Shown in pieces: positions 19,630-29,492 of a DNA stretch of 64,000 nucleotides. The notes beneath the pieces are model-generated. The model was not told where the DNA came from, did not search any database, and saw only the letters and a list, made by a program, of their open reading frames with translations. The position numbers and the translations under genes are program-made. Within the stretch, counting starts at the first letter, position 1. Each line of letters opens with the position of its first letter. The DNA comes from an uncultured Candidatus Saccharibacteria bacterium (GTDB lineage Bacteria > Patescibacteriota > Saccharimonadia > CAILAD01 > BJGX01), in the NCBI GenBank assembly GCA_964610335.1, contig CAZSVP010000001.1, positions 351,442 through 415,441 of the forward strand. The letters run 5' to 3'.

Positions 19630-21336
19630 ATGGCATTCCAACTGTTTGAACAGATAGCAGAAGAGCTACGTCCGGCTTGTGAGTCGCTTGGTCTACCAGT
19701 CGAGGAGATTGTTGGTAGTTTGTCGTTTTGCGACATTGCCTTTGGTGATGTTAGTAGCAATATTGTTATGCGAAATGCTACAAAACTATCAGGAGCACCG
19801 ATGGATTTGGCCGAGGCACTGGCTGGAAAGATTAATACAAGTGGTGTAATAGCATCGGCGGAGGCCTACAAACCTGGCTTTGTGAACATACGTTTAACTA
19901 GCCAGTATTTGCTTGGGCAAATCAATAGTATATCTGAACAGGGTGTAGAGAAGTGGTACCAGACCAACATAGAGTTGGATGCCAGCAAGATTGTTATGGA
20001 CTATTCACATCCAAATATGGGCAAACCAATGGGTGTACATCATCTATTGAGCACAGTGATTGGTGATGCCATCAAGCGGATGTATCGTTATGCAGGGGCT
20101 GAAGTAATAGCTGATAATTTTATCGGTGACCTGGGGACACAGTTTGGCAAGTTGATCTGGGCCGTCAAACAATGGGGCGATATAGAAAAGATTGAGCAAG
20201 ATCCAATAGGCGAGCTGCTTAAGCTGTATGTGAAGTTTCATATTGAGGCAGACCAAGATGTGGAGCTTGATGACGCAGGGCGCGCGGAGTATCAGAAGCT
20301 TGAGTCAGGAGATCAGGAGAATCGAGCACTTTGGCAAAAGATCTGCGACTGGAGCATGGCAGATGTGACCAATCTGTATAAGCAACTCGATGTGTCTTTT
20401 GACCAGATACACGGTGAAAGCTTCTACGAAGATAAGATGGACCCGATAATTGAGGAAGGTATCAAAAAAGGCTACTTTGTAGAGAGCGATGGCGCATTAG
20501 TGGCATTTATGGATGATCCTAACCAGCCACCGGCTATCATTAAGAAAAAAGATGGCACAACACTATATTTAACCAGGGATTTAGCAAGAATTAAGTTTTG
20601 GGAACAGACTTGGCATCCGGACAAGATGCTAGTAGTAGTGGATAGCGCGCAAAGGTTGCATTTTCAGCAGGTTTTTGAAGTAGCCAACAGGTTGGGATTG
20701 ACCAAGGCTGAGAACATTCACGTAAGTTTTGGCCGCATGAGGTTCCGAGATGCCTCTATGAGCACTCGTAAGGGGAATATCCTTCAGCTAAGTGAATTGC
20801 TCAACGAGTCTAGGGAACGTGTCGCTACTGACATTGCTGACCGCGAAGTTGTGGCTGATGCAGATCTGATAGATAGTATAGCTATCGGTGCCGTCAAATA
20901 TGGAATTCTTCATCAAAACCGCAACAGTGACATGGTGTTTAGCTGGGATTCGGTGCTTTCTCTTGACGGCAACTCAGCCCCATACATCATGTATAGCTAT
21001 GCTCGAACGCAGTCTATTAGAGCTAAAGCAGGCTCGAAAAGCAAAAAACATTCGAGCGAAGTAGATGGCGAGCTATCTGAAGTTGAAAGGTCATTGGTAC
21101 TTGATACCCTGGCGATGCCTCTAAACCTACAAAAAGCCCTTATCGCATACGAGCCACAAGTGCTTTGTGATAATTGTTATAAGTTGGCCCAGAAATATAA
21201 TAGATTTTACAACAAGCATTCAGTATTGGGTGACGATGAAAAGGCTGGTTATAGGTTAGAGGTTAACAATAGCACCGGGCAAATATTACAACACAGTATG
21301 AATATGCTGGGCATTGATCTGCCTAACAAAATGTAG
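19630..21336 (+). CDS. argS: Arginine--tRNA ligase
   Basis: GDVSSN, PGFVN, DYSHPNMGKPMGVHH (HIGH variant), MSTRKG, GNSAPYIMYSYAR. Confidence 0.95.
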   Translation: MAFQLFEQIAEELRPACESLGLPVEEIVGSLSFCDIAFGDVSSNIVMRNATKLSGAPMDLAEALAGKINTSGVIASAEAYKPGFVNIRLTSQYLLGQINSISEQGVEKWYQTNIELDASKIVMDYSHPNMGKPMGVHHLLSTVIGDAIKRMYRYAGAEVIADNFIGDLGTQFGKLIWAVKQWGDIEKIEQDPIGELLKLYVKFHIEADQDVELDDAGRAEYQKLESGDQENRALWQKICDWSMADVTNLYKQLDVSFDQIHGESFYEDKMDPIIEEGIKKGYFVESDGALVAFMDDPNQPPAIIKKKDGTTLYLTRDLARIKFWEQTWHPDKMLVVVDSAQRLHFQQVFEVANRLGLTKAENIHVSFGRMRFRDASMSTRKGNILQLSELLNESRERVATDIADREVVADADLIDSIAIGAVKYGILHQNRNSDMVFSWDSVLSLDGNSAPYIMYSYARTQSIRAKAGSKSKKHSSEVDGELSEVERSLVLDTLAMPLNLQKALIAYEPQVLCDNCYKLAQKYNRFYNKHSVLGDDEKAGYRLEVNNSTGQILQHSMNMLGIDLPNKM

Positions 21337-21377
21337 GTTTTTGTAGACTAACATCCAAATAAGCTATACTGACTTAT

Positions 21378-24185
21378 ATGGAAGAGCGCCAGAATAGCTT
21401 GAATGTGGCTCAAAAAAGAGTTGTGGGGCATAGCAGTGGCCCGTTGTTGGTTGTTGCTGGTGCCGGAACTGGCAAAACTACGGTAATTGCCTCGAGAATT
21501 GCTAACCTTATAAGAAGTAAGGGAGTCAATCCAGCGGAGATACTGGCGCTAACATTTACCGACAAAGCTGCCAGTGAAATGCAGCAAAGAGTGGAAGACC
21601 TATTGGCACTTGGCGAGATAGAGTCTGAAATCTCTACATTTCATAGTTTTGGCGAGTCGGTACTAAGGTCTTATGCGGTTGACATTGGTTTGAGTAGTGA
21701 CTATCAGATCATATCTACTTTTCAGCAACAAGTGGTGCTCAATACTGTGGTAGACTCGCTCGATATTGAGTATCACCGACCACTCGGTCGTCCCACTACT
21801 TTTCTATACGGGCTTATACAGTTTATATCCAGGCTAAAAGATGAGAACATTCAGCCTGATGATCTCAAAGAATTCCATAGCTCTACCAAGTATGATGACA
21901 AGGTCGATAAACTCAGGGTAAAAGAGCTCTGCCAGATATACAATGGCTACCAATTATATTGCACTCAGCACAGTTTGCTAGACTATGGTGACTTACTGTG
22001 TGTGACTTACAAACTGTTAAGCAGCAAGCCTTCCATTCTAAGAGAATTCCAGTCCAAATATAGGTATGTGTTGGTAGATGAGTATCAAGACACTAACTAT
22101 GTACAAGCACAAATACTGGAGTTATTGTGTAATAAACATCATAATCTTATGGTTGTTGGGGATGATGACCAATCAATCTATCGTTTTCGAGGTGCCAACA
22201 TAAGTAACATACTTCGTTTTACTAAGCAGTTCCCAGATGCTAAGAAAATCTCGTTGGTACAAAACTATCGGAGTGGTCAGAGAATTCTTGACGCAGCCTA
22301 TCGATTAATAACTCACAACAATCCATACCGACTGGAGGTAGCTGAGAAGATAAACAAGAAACTGAAATCATCTATCAAAGGAAGCGACCCAATTGTAAGG
22401 TCATTTGCAGCTTATCATGATGAATTGTCATCAATTGCTACTAAAATAGTGGAGATGCACGGATCTGGTACACCTTATTCACAGATTGCAGTGCTGTTGC
22501 GCAAGAATAATCAATCGCAGGATATTGTAAGAGTGCTTGAGAAGCAAAAGATACCTTATCAACTTAGTGAGAGCAAAAAGCTATTTGAGCTCGAAGAAGT
22601 GCAAAATCTGCTGTTTTTTATTCGATATATATGTGATCAAAATGATTCTCAAGCTCTTTATGGCATATTGACATCTGAGATATATGGCTTACCTTTAGAA
22701 CAGATCATAAAGTGTTCAGCTCTTGCAAATCGATCTCATTTACCACTAGCAAGTTTTATTAAGCAATCAGATGAATACAGTGAACTGGCTGCTGTGGTCG
22801 ATGAATTGGAAGCATATAAATCTGAGTTGACCCAACTTCGAGCTGGAGAACTGATATATAGATTCTTTGAGCTAAGTGGATATCTTAAGATGCTATACAA
22901 TCAATCTAACCAAGATAATCTGGCTGCAATCAAACTACAAAATATTGCTACGTTCTTTGGTTTTATTAGAGATTACGAGTTGGTTAGTGATGACCATGGT
23001 ATGTATAGTCTATGGCAGTACTTGCAGGGAGTACTACGTGCTGAGGCTGCTCTCGAAGTAGACCAAGCGCCTCTCGATATCGATGCTGTACAGATTATGA
23101 CAGTCCATAGGGCAAAGGGACTAGAGTTTGATTATGTATTTGTGCCCAACATGATATCCAGGGTTTTCCCAGCACAACGAAGGGGTGAAGCTATTAGAGT
23201 ACCAGAAGGGCTATTTGAGGCCAAGCTTGATTCCCAGATAGACTGGCATATTCATGAAGAACGGAGATTGTTTTACGTTGCTGTTACTAGGGCCAAAAAA
23301 GAGCTTATACTCAGTTGGTCACAGAACCATGGCGGCAAATTACTACGAAAGCCATCAGTATTCATTGAAGAGCTGAGTGGTAAACCACCAGAAATACCAG
23401 ATGCAAGTAGCCAAACCAAGGTTGAGTTGAGTCAATTCCAGAAGCAGCCTAGATTGAGTTACGATCCGGTGCAAAATTTGATTGATCAAGAAGGTTATCT
23501 CCACCTTAGTGCCAACCAGCTGGTAAGTTTTGAAACTTCAGTTGAGGATTTCTGGTATTTCGACGTATTGAAGATGCCAAAAGGGCCATTTCATAGTCTA
23601 GTGTATGGGTCAGCGATACATGCTGCGCTTGAGCAGTACTATCAAGCCAAATTGGACAATAAGAAACCCAGCCTATCAAGCATGCTAAGCGCTTTTGACA
23701 GTGCATGGCGAAGTGAAGGGTTTGTATCTCTAAAACATGAGATGAGTCGATTTAAACGTGGTCACGAAGTAATTAAACAGTATTATGCGACTTATCAAGA
23801 CAGGCAGGAGGTTCCGTTGTTTGTTGAAAAGCCATTTAATCTGGTATTACCAGATATAAAATTAGTTATTAGGGGACGGTATGATGCAGTATTCACAACA
23901 GAAGAAGGTGTTGAGATCAGGGATTTTAAAACTAGTGAAGTAAAAGACGAAAAAACTGCATTAAAAAAAGTTCGAGATAGCCTGCAATTGCGTGTTTATG
24001 CACTAGCTTGGCAGAATCTACAAAAATCACCAGTTAATAAGGTGAGTTTGTCATTTGTGGAAAATAGTTTGACAGTTGGTATAGCTGCTCCTGATGCCTC
24101 TAGAACTATTGCAAAACTCAAAAGCATATCAGAGAGCATAATCACTGGTGAATTTCGATCTAAACTGGAAGGTCGGGCTCAATGA
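21378..24185 (+). CDS. UvrD/PcrA-type helicase fused to a C-terminal RecB-like PD-(D/E)xK nuclease
   Basis: AGAGTGKT, DEYQD, GDDDQSIYRFRGA, TVHRAKGLEF, EERRLFYVAVTRA; C-terminal GRYD...DFKT...QLRVY. Confidence 0.92.
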   Translation: MEERQNSLNVAQKRVVGHSSGPLLVVAGAGTGKTTVIASRIANLIRSKGVNPAEILALTFTDKAASEMQQRVEDLLALGEIESEISTFHSFGESVLRSYAVDIGLSSDYQIISTFQQQVVLNTVVDSLDIEYHRPLGRPTTFLYGLIQFISRLKDENIQPDDLKEFHSSTKYDDKVDKLRVKELCQIYNGYQLYCTQHSLLDYGDLLCVTYKLLSSKPSILREFQSKYRYVLVDEYQDTNYVQAQILELLCNKHHNLMVVGDDDQSIYRFRGANISNILRFTKQFPDAKKISLVQNYRSGQRILDAAYRLITHNNPYRLEVAEKINKKLKSSIKGSDPIVRSFAAYHDELSSIATKIVEMHGSGTPYSQIAVLLRKNNQSQDIVRVLEKQKIPYQLSESKKLFELEEVQNLLFFIRYICDQNDSQALYGILTSEIYGLPLEQIIKCSALANRSHLPLASFIKQSDEYSELAAVVDELEAYKSELTQLRAGELIYRFFELSGYLKMLYNQSNQDNLAAIKLQNIATFFGFIRDYELVSDDHGMYSLWQYLQGVLRAEAALEVDQAPLDIDAVQIMTVHRAKGLEFDYVFVPNMISRVFPAQRRGEAIRVPEGLFEAKLDSQIDWHIHEERRLFYVAVTRAKKELILSWSQNHGGKLLRKPSVFIEELSGKPPEIPDASSQTKVELSQFQKQPRLSYDPVQNLIDQEGYLHLSANQLVSFETSVEDFWYFDVLKMPKGPFHSLVYGSAIHAALEQYYQAKLDNKKPSLSSMLSAFDSAWRSEGFVSLKHEMSRFKRGHEVIKQYYATYQDRQEVPLFVEKPFNLVLPDIKLVIRGRYDAVFTTEEGVEIRDFKTSEVKDEKTALKKVRDSLQLRVYALAWQNLQKSPVNKVSLSFVENSLTVGIAAPDASRTIAKLKSISESIITGEFRSKLEGRAQ

Positions 24186-24649
24186 ATCCATCGTATCGTG
24201 ATCAAGAATGGCTAGAGAATATGCTGGCTGACATTTGGTACAAGTACTTTCCTGATCTTGAACAAAGTAATGATGTCCATATCAAGTATGGAAGAAGAGC
24301 AAAGTGGCGTCTTGGCTCTATCAAGATTGATCCGAAAGATGGTGAAAGTAGTATTATTACAATTAATCCACTATATCAAGACCTAACAATACCAGAGTAT
24401 GTAGTGGTGGCGACTATATTTCATGAATTATCTCACTATGCACATGGTTTTAATTCACCTCATGGGCAAAAATATCGCCATCCGCATAGCGGAGGTGTTA
24501 TCAGGGCCGAGTTTGCAGAACGTGGCTTAGAAGATTTGTATCTTAAACAAAGAAAATGGCTAAAGTCTAGTTGGCCAGAAATACTTGAAAAATATGGCAT
24601 GCTGAATCGTCGTGTAGTGCGCAAAAACACACGTTGGGTAGTGTGGTAA
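24182..24649 (+). CDS. SprT-like zinc metalloprotease domain protein
   Basis: RLGSI, HELSH (HExxH), HPH. Confidence 0.7.
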   Translation: MNPSYRDQEWLENMLADIWYKYFPDLEQSNDVHIKYGRRAKWRLGSIKIDPKDGESSIITINPLYQDLTIPEYVVVATIFHELSHYAHGFNSPHGQKYRHPHSGGVIRAEFAERGLEDLYLKQRKWLKSSWPEILEKYGMLNRRVVRKNTRWVVW

Positions 24650-24803
24650 GTGATTTTTGTAAAATGCTTGTGAAATACAATCTATATAGAGCCTATTAAT
24701 TAGCATAAGTATTAGTTTATTAGTCACGAATACATTTTTTATCCATACAATTCTTGTTGGTAATACTATTGACAAATACATACTAATATGATACATTGTA
24801 AAC

Positions 24804-25136
24804 ATGAAATCCAAACAGCGCCAAGTCCGCAATAGTAAGGGTGTTGCTGTTAGCAACATACCGCAATCAGTGAAGTACCAGCGGGTAACACAATCTGTTG
24901 CCGCTACAGGTAAGTTTAAGCCAATACATTATGTGCTAATGGCTTTTAGTGTGCTAATAATTAGCCAGTTAATCAAAACACTCGTATATGCATTATTCTT
25001 TCCTGGTAACGAGTCTCCTGAAGGTTTAACCTTGTTACTGCTTATATATGCCCAATATGTTCTTTTTGCTGTATTTTTTGTGTTGATTGTTGTGGCAATT
25101 ATTCAGGCTCTGCGCCAAGCTATCAAGGAATTCTAA
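24804..25136 (+). CDS. Hypothetical two-TM membrane protein
   Basis: Two hydrophobic helices; upstream TTGACA...TACATT promoter. Confidence 0.6.
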   Translation: MKSKQRQVRNSKGVAVSNIPQSVKYQRVTQSVAATGKFKPIHYVLMAFSVLIISQLIKTLVYALFFPGNESPEGLTLLLLIYAQYVLFAVFFVLIVVAIIQALRQAIKEF

Positions 25137-25183
25137 ATACCAACATTCATTAACTGGTAATTTCGGCTATAATAGGTCGAGTT

Positions 25184-26017
25184 ATGAAGAATATTGCGAT
25201 TCAAGGACAAGAAGGGTCCTACCATGCCTTGGCTGCCAGCCATATATTCGGCACAGATATTAATCTGATAGCGTGCGATTGGTTTGATAGTGTTTTCACC
25301 AGTGTTGAAGATGATCAGTCAGATTTTGCGATCGTGGCAATAGAGAACTCACTCTCTGGTAGTATTAGTGAAGTATATGATCTGTTACGTCGAGATAGTC
25401 TATCAATAGTGGGCGAGATTTATATGCAAATATCACTTAAGTTGATTGGCTTCCCAGGTACTCGGCTGCAAGATATCAGAAATGTGTACTCTCACCCTGT
25501 AGCAATACTGGAATCCAAGGATTTTTTGCATAGCAAACTTAGTCATGCCGATGTCCATGAGAGAAATGATACTGCCGAGAGTGTAGAGTATGTTGCAAAT
25601 GGCAAAGATAGCAGTTCGGCTGCAGTTGGTTCCAGCGCCGCCGCCAAACTGTATAATTTGGCAGTGTTAGCAGACGATATTGAGACTGATAAACATAACT
25701 ACACGCGGTTTATTGTGTTATCAAAAACCAAGTTAACAGATAAGACAACTAATAAAACCAGCTTACTATTGACTGTAAAAGATCAGCCCGGCGTACTTTA
25801 TAGCATCTTGGGAGTATTCGCGAATCGACATATCAATCTAAGTAAGATTGAGTCCAGGCCAATAATTGGCAAAACCTGGAATTACTACTTTTATCTGGAT
25901 TTTGATGCTGGGATGCAAGATGTAAACGCTAACGGAATATTAGAAGAGTTAAGCAAGTTTACAGATCAACTAACGGTTTTGGGTAGCTACCGTAAAGGTG
26001 AAGTTGTCGAAGACTAA
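25184..26017 (+). CDS. pheA: Prephenate dehydratase with ACT domain
   Basis: IENSLSG, SHP, NYTRF, KTSL, NLSKIESRP, LGSY. Confidence 0.93.
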   Translation: MKNIAIQGQEGSYHALAASHIFGTDINLIACDWFDSVFTSVEDDQSDFAIVAIENSLSGSISEVYDLLRRDSLSIVGEIYMQISLKLIGFPGTRLQDIRNVYSHPVAILESKDFLHSKLSHADVHERNDTAESVEYVANGKDSSSAAVGSSAAAKLYNLAVLADDIETDKHNYTRFIVLSKTKLTDKTTNKTSLLLTVKDQPGVLYSILGVFANRHINLSKIESRPIIGKTWNYYFYLDFDAGMQDVNANGILEELSKFTDQLTVLGSYRKGEVVED

Positions 26018-26065
26018 CTAATTTCGTGTTGTGTTCGTACTAGTTTGGTGGTTATAATAGTACTC

Positions 26066-27139
26066 ATGATTACTTTGCTGGTGGTGCTAATATTAATAAT
26101 GGTTATAGGCTTTGGGCTTGTAATTTACTTCTTGAATCGGAAAACCACTACACCTGTAGATGACACTGGTTTACAGATGCTAAAGACTGATTTGCAGGGT
26201 TTGAACGCGCTGATGGGCCAAACACACGCCCAGGTCAGCGAGAGGCTGGACCGTAACAATGAGAGTATGCAAGCAAGCCTGCAAAAGCAGATTGGACAGT
26301 CAGCTCAGTTGATAGCTGATGTGACAGAGCGGCTCACTAAGCTTGATGAAACTAATCGTAGGGTAGTAGATGTTGCTGATGAGCTTAAGACGTTGCAGAA
26401 TGTACTACAAAATCCTAAGCAGCGTGGTGTTTTAGGTGAATACTATCTTGATTCAGTGCTGAAGAACGTCCTACCACCAGATGGGTACGTACTTCAATAC
26501 AAATTTAAAGATGGTGAAGTGGTAGATGCAGTTATACGCCTTGAAAAGGGTAAGATACTGCCAGTTGATTCAAAGTTTAGTTTAGAAAATTACAACAGAT
26601 TGGTCGATGAAAAGGATAAAACAAGACGAGAACAGCATATTAAATCGTTTAAGCAAGATCTAAAGGCAAGGATCGATGAAACGAGTAAGTACATAAGGCC
26701 GGACGAGGGTACAATGGACTTTGCATTTATGTTTATTCCATCAGAAGCTATCTACAATGATCTGTTGATAAATAAGATCGGACTTGCTGATACAAGCTCA
26801 CGTGATCTGATAGAATACGCCTTTCGTGATAAACAAGTAATTATAGTTAGCCCTACTACATTTATGGCGTACTTACAGACTGTGATGCAGGGGTTGCGTA
26901 GCCTCCAGATAGAGGAGCAAGCCAAGGAAATCCAAAAAAGAGTTGGTCAGTTGGGAGCTCACATCAAGACATATGATCAGTTTATGCAAAAACTAGGCAG
27001 CTCGCTTGGCACTACTGTAAATCACTATAATAATGCACATAAGGAACTAAAGAAGATAGATAAGGATGTGGTAAAAATTGCCGGGTCTGATCCAGTAATC
27101 GAGCCAATGCTTGTCGACAAACCACAAGTTGATGATTGA
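26066..27139 (+). CDS. rmuC: DNA recombination protein RmuC
   Basis: KQRGVLGE, DAVI, PVDSKF, FAFMFIPSE, VSPTT; start placed at ATG 26066. Confidence 0.92.
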   Translation: MITLLVVLILIMVIGFGLVIYFLNRKTTTPVDDTGLQMLKTDLQGLNALMGQTHAQVSERLDRNNESMQASLQKQIGQSAQLIADVTERLTKLDETNRRVVDVADELKTLQNVLQNPKQRGVLGEYYLDSVLKNVLPPDGYVLQYKFKDGEVVDAVIRLEKGKILPVDSKFSLENYNRLVDEKDKTRREQHIKSFKQDLKARIDETSKYIRPDEGTMDFAFMFIPSEAIYNDLLINKIGLADTSSRDLIEYAFRDKQVIIVSPTTFMAYLQTVMQGLRSLQIEEQAKEIQKRVGQLGAHIKTYDQFMQKLGSSLGTTVNHYNNAHKELKKIDKDVVKIAGSDPVIEPMLVDKPQVDD

Positions 27140-27156
27140 TCTGATATAATAGTGGT

Positions 27157-28140
27157 ATGAAAAGATTCTTCTCTGGTATCCAAGCTACTGGCAATTTGCA
27201 TATAGGTAACTACTTGGGCGCGGTTAAGCCTTGGGTTGACTACCAATCCGAAGGTGAAACTATATATTTTGTGCCTGACCTACATTCACTTAATGTTAGG
27301 CCACAACCAGAGCTGTTAAGACAAGAGACACTCGCTAACGTGGCATGGATGGTAGCAGCAGGCATGGATACTGAAAAAACAGTGTTATTCGTGCAATCAG
27401 CAATTCCTGCTCATGCTGAACTCTGTTGGATACTCAATAATTATGTGACAATGGGTGAGTTATCACGCCAAACTCAGTACAAAGATAAAAGTTCTAAAAG
27501 AGGTGCAGACGGGCAGATAGTCGCACTATTCACATACCCAGTTTTGATGGCGGCAGATATATTACTATACAGTCCGACCCATGTCCCAACAGGACAAGAT
27601 CAAAAACAACATGTGGAGCTTGCTCGTGATATTGCAGAGCGGTTCAATAATATATATGGGGAAACGTTTGTGGTACCCGAAGCGCTTGTTCGTGAAATAG
27701 GTGCAAGAATCATGAGTTTACAGTCTCCAGAGAGTAAGATGAGCAAGAGTGATGATCAGCAAGGTGGCAATGTGCTGCTACTAGATAGCGAAGATGTAAT
27801 TAGATCAAAATTCCAGCGTGCCGTAACTGATTCTGGGTCAACGATTGAGGCAAGTGATGATAAGCCTGCAATTACTAATTTGTTACAAATTTACGCGGCT
27901 TTCTCAGACCAGACAGTGCCAGAAGTGGAAAGTGAGTTTGTTGGAAAAGGTTACGGAGCCTTCAAACAAGCACTTGGTAGCTTGGTGGTCGATAAATTAG
28001 TACCAGTGCAGCAGAAATACAATGAACTAATGAATAACCAAGGTGAATTAATGGCAATTATTGAGCGAGGTAATGAAAAAGCCCGTGAGATAGCCAATAA
28101 TAAACTATCAGAAATAAAAGAGAAGATAGGTTTGTTGTAA
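27157..28140 (+). CDS. trpS: Tryptophan--tRNA ligase
   Basis: HIGNYLGA, YPVLMAADIL, GQDQKQH, KMSKS. Confidence 0.97.
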   Translation: MKRFFSGIQATGNLHIGNYLGAVKPWVDYQSEGETIYFVPDLHSLNVRPQPELLRQETLANVAWMVAAGMDTEKTVLFVQSAIPAHAELCWILNNYVTMGELSRQTQYKDKSSKRGADGQIVALFTYPVLMAADILLYSPTHVPTGQDQKQHVELARDIAERFNNIYGETFVVPEALVREIGARIMSLQSPESKMSKSDDQQGGNVLLLDSEDVIRSKFQRAVTDSGSTIEASDDKPAITNLLQIYAAFSDQTVPEVESEFVGKGYGAFKQALGSLVVDKLVPVQQKYNELMNNQGELMAIIERGNEKAREIANNKLSEIKEKIGLL

Positions 28141-28191
28141 TTAAGTACACAAACTTCTCTCGAAGCAATAGCTCAAATTACTACAAAACTA

Positions 28192-28221
28192 TTGACTTAA
28201 GCATAAGCACTGTGCTATACT
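28192..28221 (+). promoter_or_regulatory. sigma70-type promoter
   Basis: TTGACT-18 bp-TATACT with TG extension. Confidence 0.7.
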
Positions 28222-28227
28222 TGAGTC

Positions 28228-28737
28228 AAAGTTTAGTACATTCACAAAAACAAAAACAAAACTTGCCACAAGCCAAAAAATATTTGCAGCTGAACTCTTA
28301 AAGCTGCTACCGGATAGAGCCTCTACTACAGTAGGGAGACTTCGGCACTAAGAACAGCCCCCTTGTTTTTAGCGCCGAATTTTCCCTACTGTTCTAGGAG
28401 TGGTGTTGCCAACGACCTTGAGTTGGTGCCATGTCTTTTCCATTCTGCCGGAGCTGGCCAGGACTGGCGTCTCGAACATTCGGGGCGCTCGATCTGGCTG
28501 GCTGCCACACGAATGGTTGGGAAGCCAGTCGGATGATCTACAACACTTAATCGCCAGGAGGGTATTACACAGAAGTGAAATAGAACGACCGACATCTCTC
28601 TATGACTTTCAGCTCCCAGTTGAGAGTTATGCTCCGGGCCGATGCCCGCTAATGTTGTTTCTTAACATCTATAAAGAGTGGATGCGTCGGCCCGTAACCA
28701 AGAATTTATCTACCACCTACATAAGTAGGTGGTTTTT
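28228..28737 (+). ncRNA. Candidate large structured non-coding RNA, family unknown
   Basis: Own promoter and terminator; several long hairpins rich in G-U pairs; no credible ORF. Confidence 0.6.
28712..28737 (+). terminator. Intrinsic terminator
   Basis: ACCACCTAC-ataa-GTAGGTGGT-TTTT. Confidence 0.8.
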
Positions 28738-29092
28738 GTATACATGCACTATTCGCAACCATTTTACGTATGTCGCACATTGAACTACATAGTATTTATA
28801 TGCCTATTGGTCAGCGGTGATCCGTAAATTGTAAATCGCATGATAGCTGAACCCCTGAGTGTTATTGGTATATCAATATTATTCGAATATTAGTGGGCTA
28901 GATTTAGTAAACTACGTTGTTGCGAAAAGAGAGGTGGTAGTCAAAATAATGTGTTCACATTAATAGAGTATATATTGTGTACAATAGCGCACTATTTAGC
29001 ACCATATTTATATATGTGTTCAATATTAGAATAAGTGAGATACTCATTGCTCATGGCATTCAAATTATCACAAAATATGCGATAATATATAT

Positions 29093-29488
29093 ATGAGTAT
29101 TCACAAGCCAATAGTATCAATTATTCTAGCCGAGGCTGCTACTTTAATAGTTAGTAGCTGTGTTTTGGCTTACTTAATAGTATCAACTAGCCCAAAACAG
29201 TTGGGACCAGTCGGGGTAACCATCTGGTTTTTGGCATTCTTCGTGGCTTTGTTGAGTCTGGTTAGTTTGGTGACTTTCTCTTGGAGAGTACGTAAAACAT
29301 CACAAAGAGACCGCGCTATATATCATTGGAAGGAGAGTTTAAGGTTTGGTTTGTTAGTGTCGTTTTGTGGGACTGTACTACTTGGTTTGATGAGTTTGAA
29401 GAGCCTTACTATACGTGATATGATCTTATTTATCTTAACTGTAGTATTGATAGAACTGTATTTTCGAACACGTAAGTCAGAAGTATAA
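29093..29488 (+). CDS. Hypothetical four-TM membrane protein
   Basis: Four hydrophobic segments; directly upstream of pheS. Confidence 0.7.
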   Translation: MSIHKPIVSIILAEAATLIVSSCVLAYLIVSTSPKQLGPVGVTIWFLAFFVALLSLVSLVTFSWRVRKTSQRDRAIYHWKESLRFGLLVSFCGTVLLGLMSLKSLTIRDMILFILTVVLIELYFRTRKSEV

Positions 29489-29492
29489 CCAC

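Noticed and set aside
28228-28737. T-box leader or RNase P RNA
   Set aside because: No T-box AGGGTGGNACCGCG before the terminator, which is ~350 bp from the next gene. No GAGGAAAGTCC RNase P motif.
28386-28783. ORFs 28400-28783 (+) and 28386-28595 (-)
   Set aside because: No recognisable motifs. The + ORF runs through the terminator, and the dense G-U-containing stems are better explained by an RNA.
28740-29090. oriC or dif site
   Set aside because: No convincing TTATCCACA cluster or XerC/XerD consensus, and no dnaA nearby.
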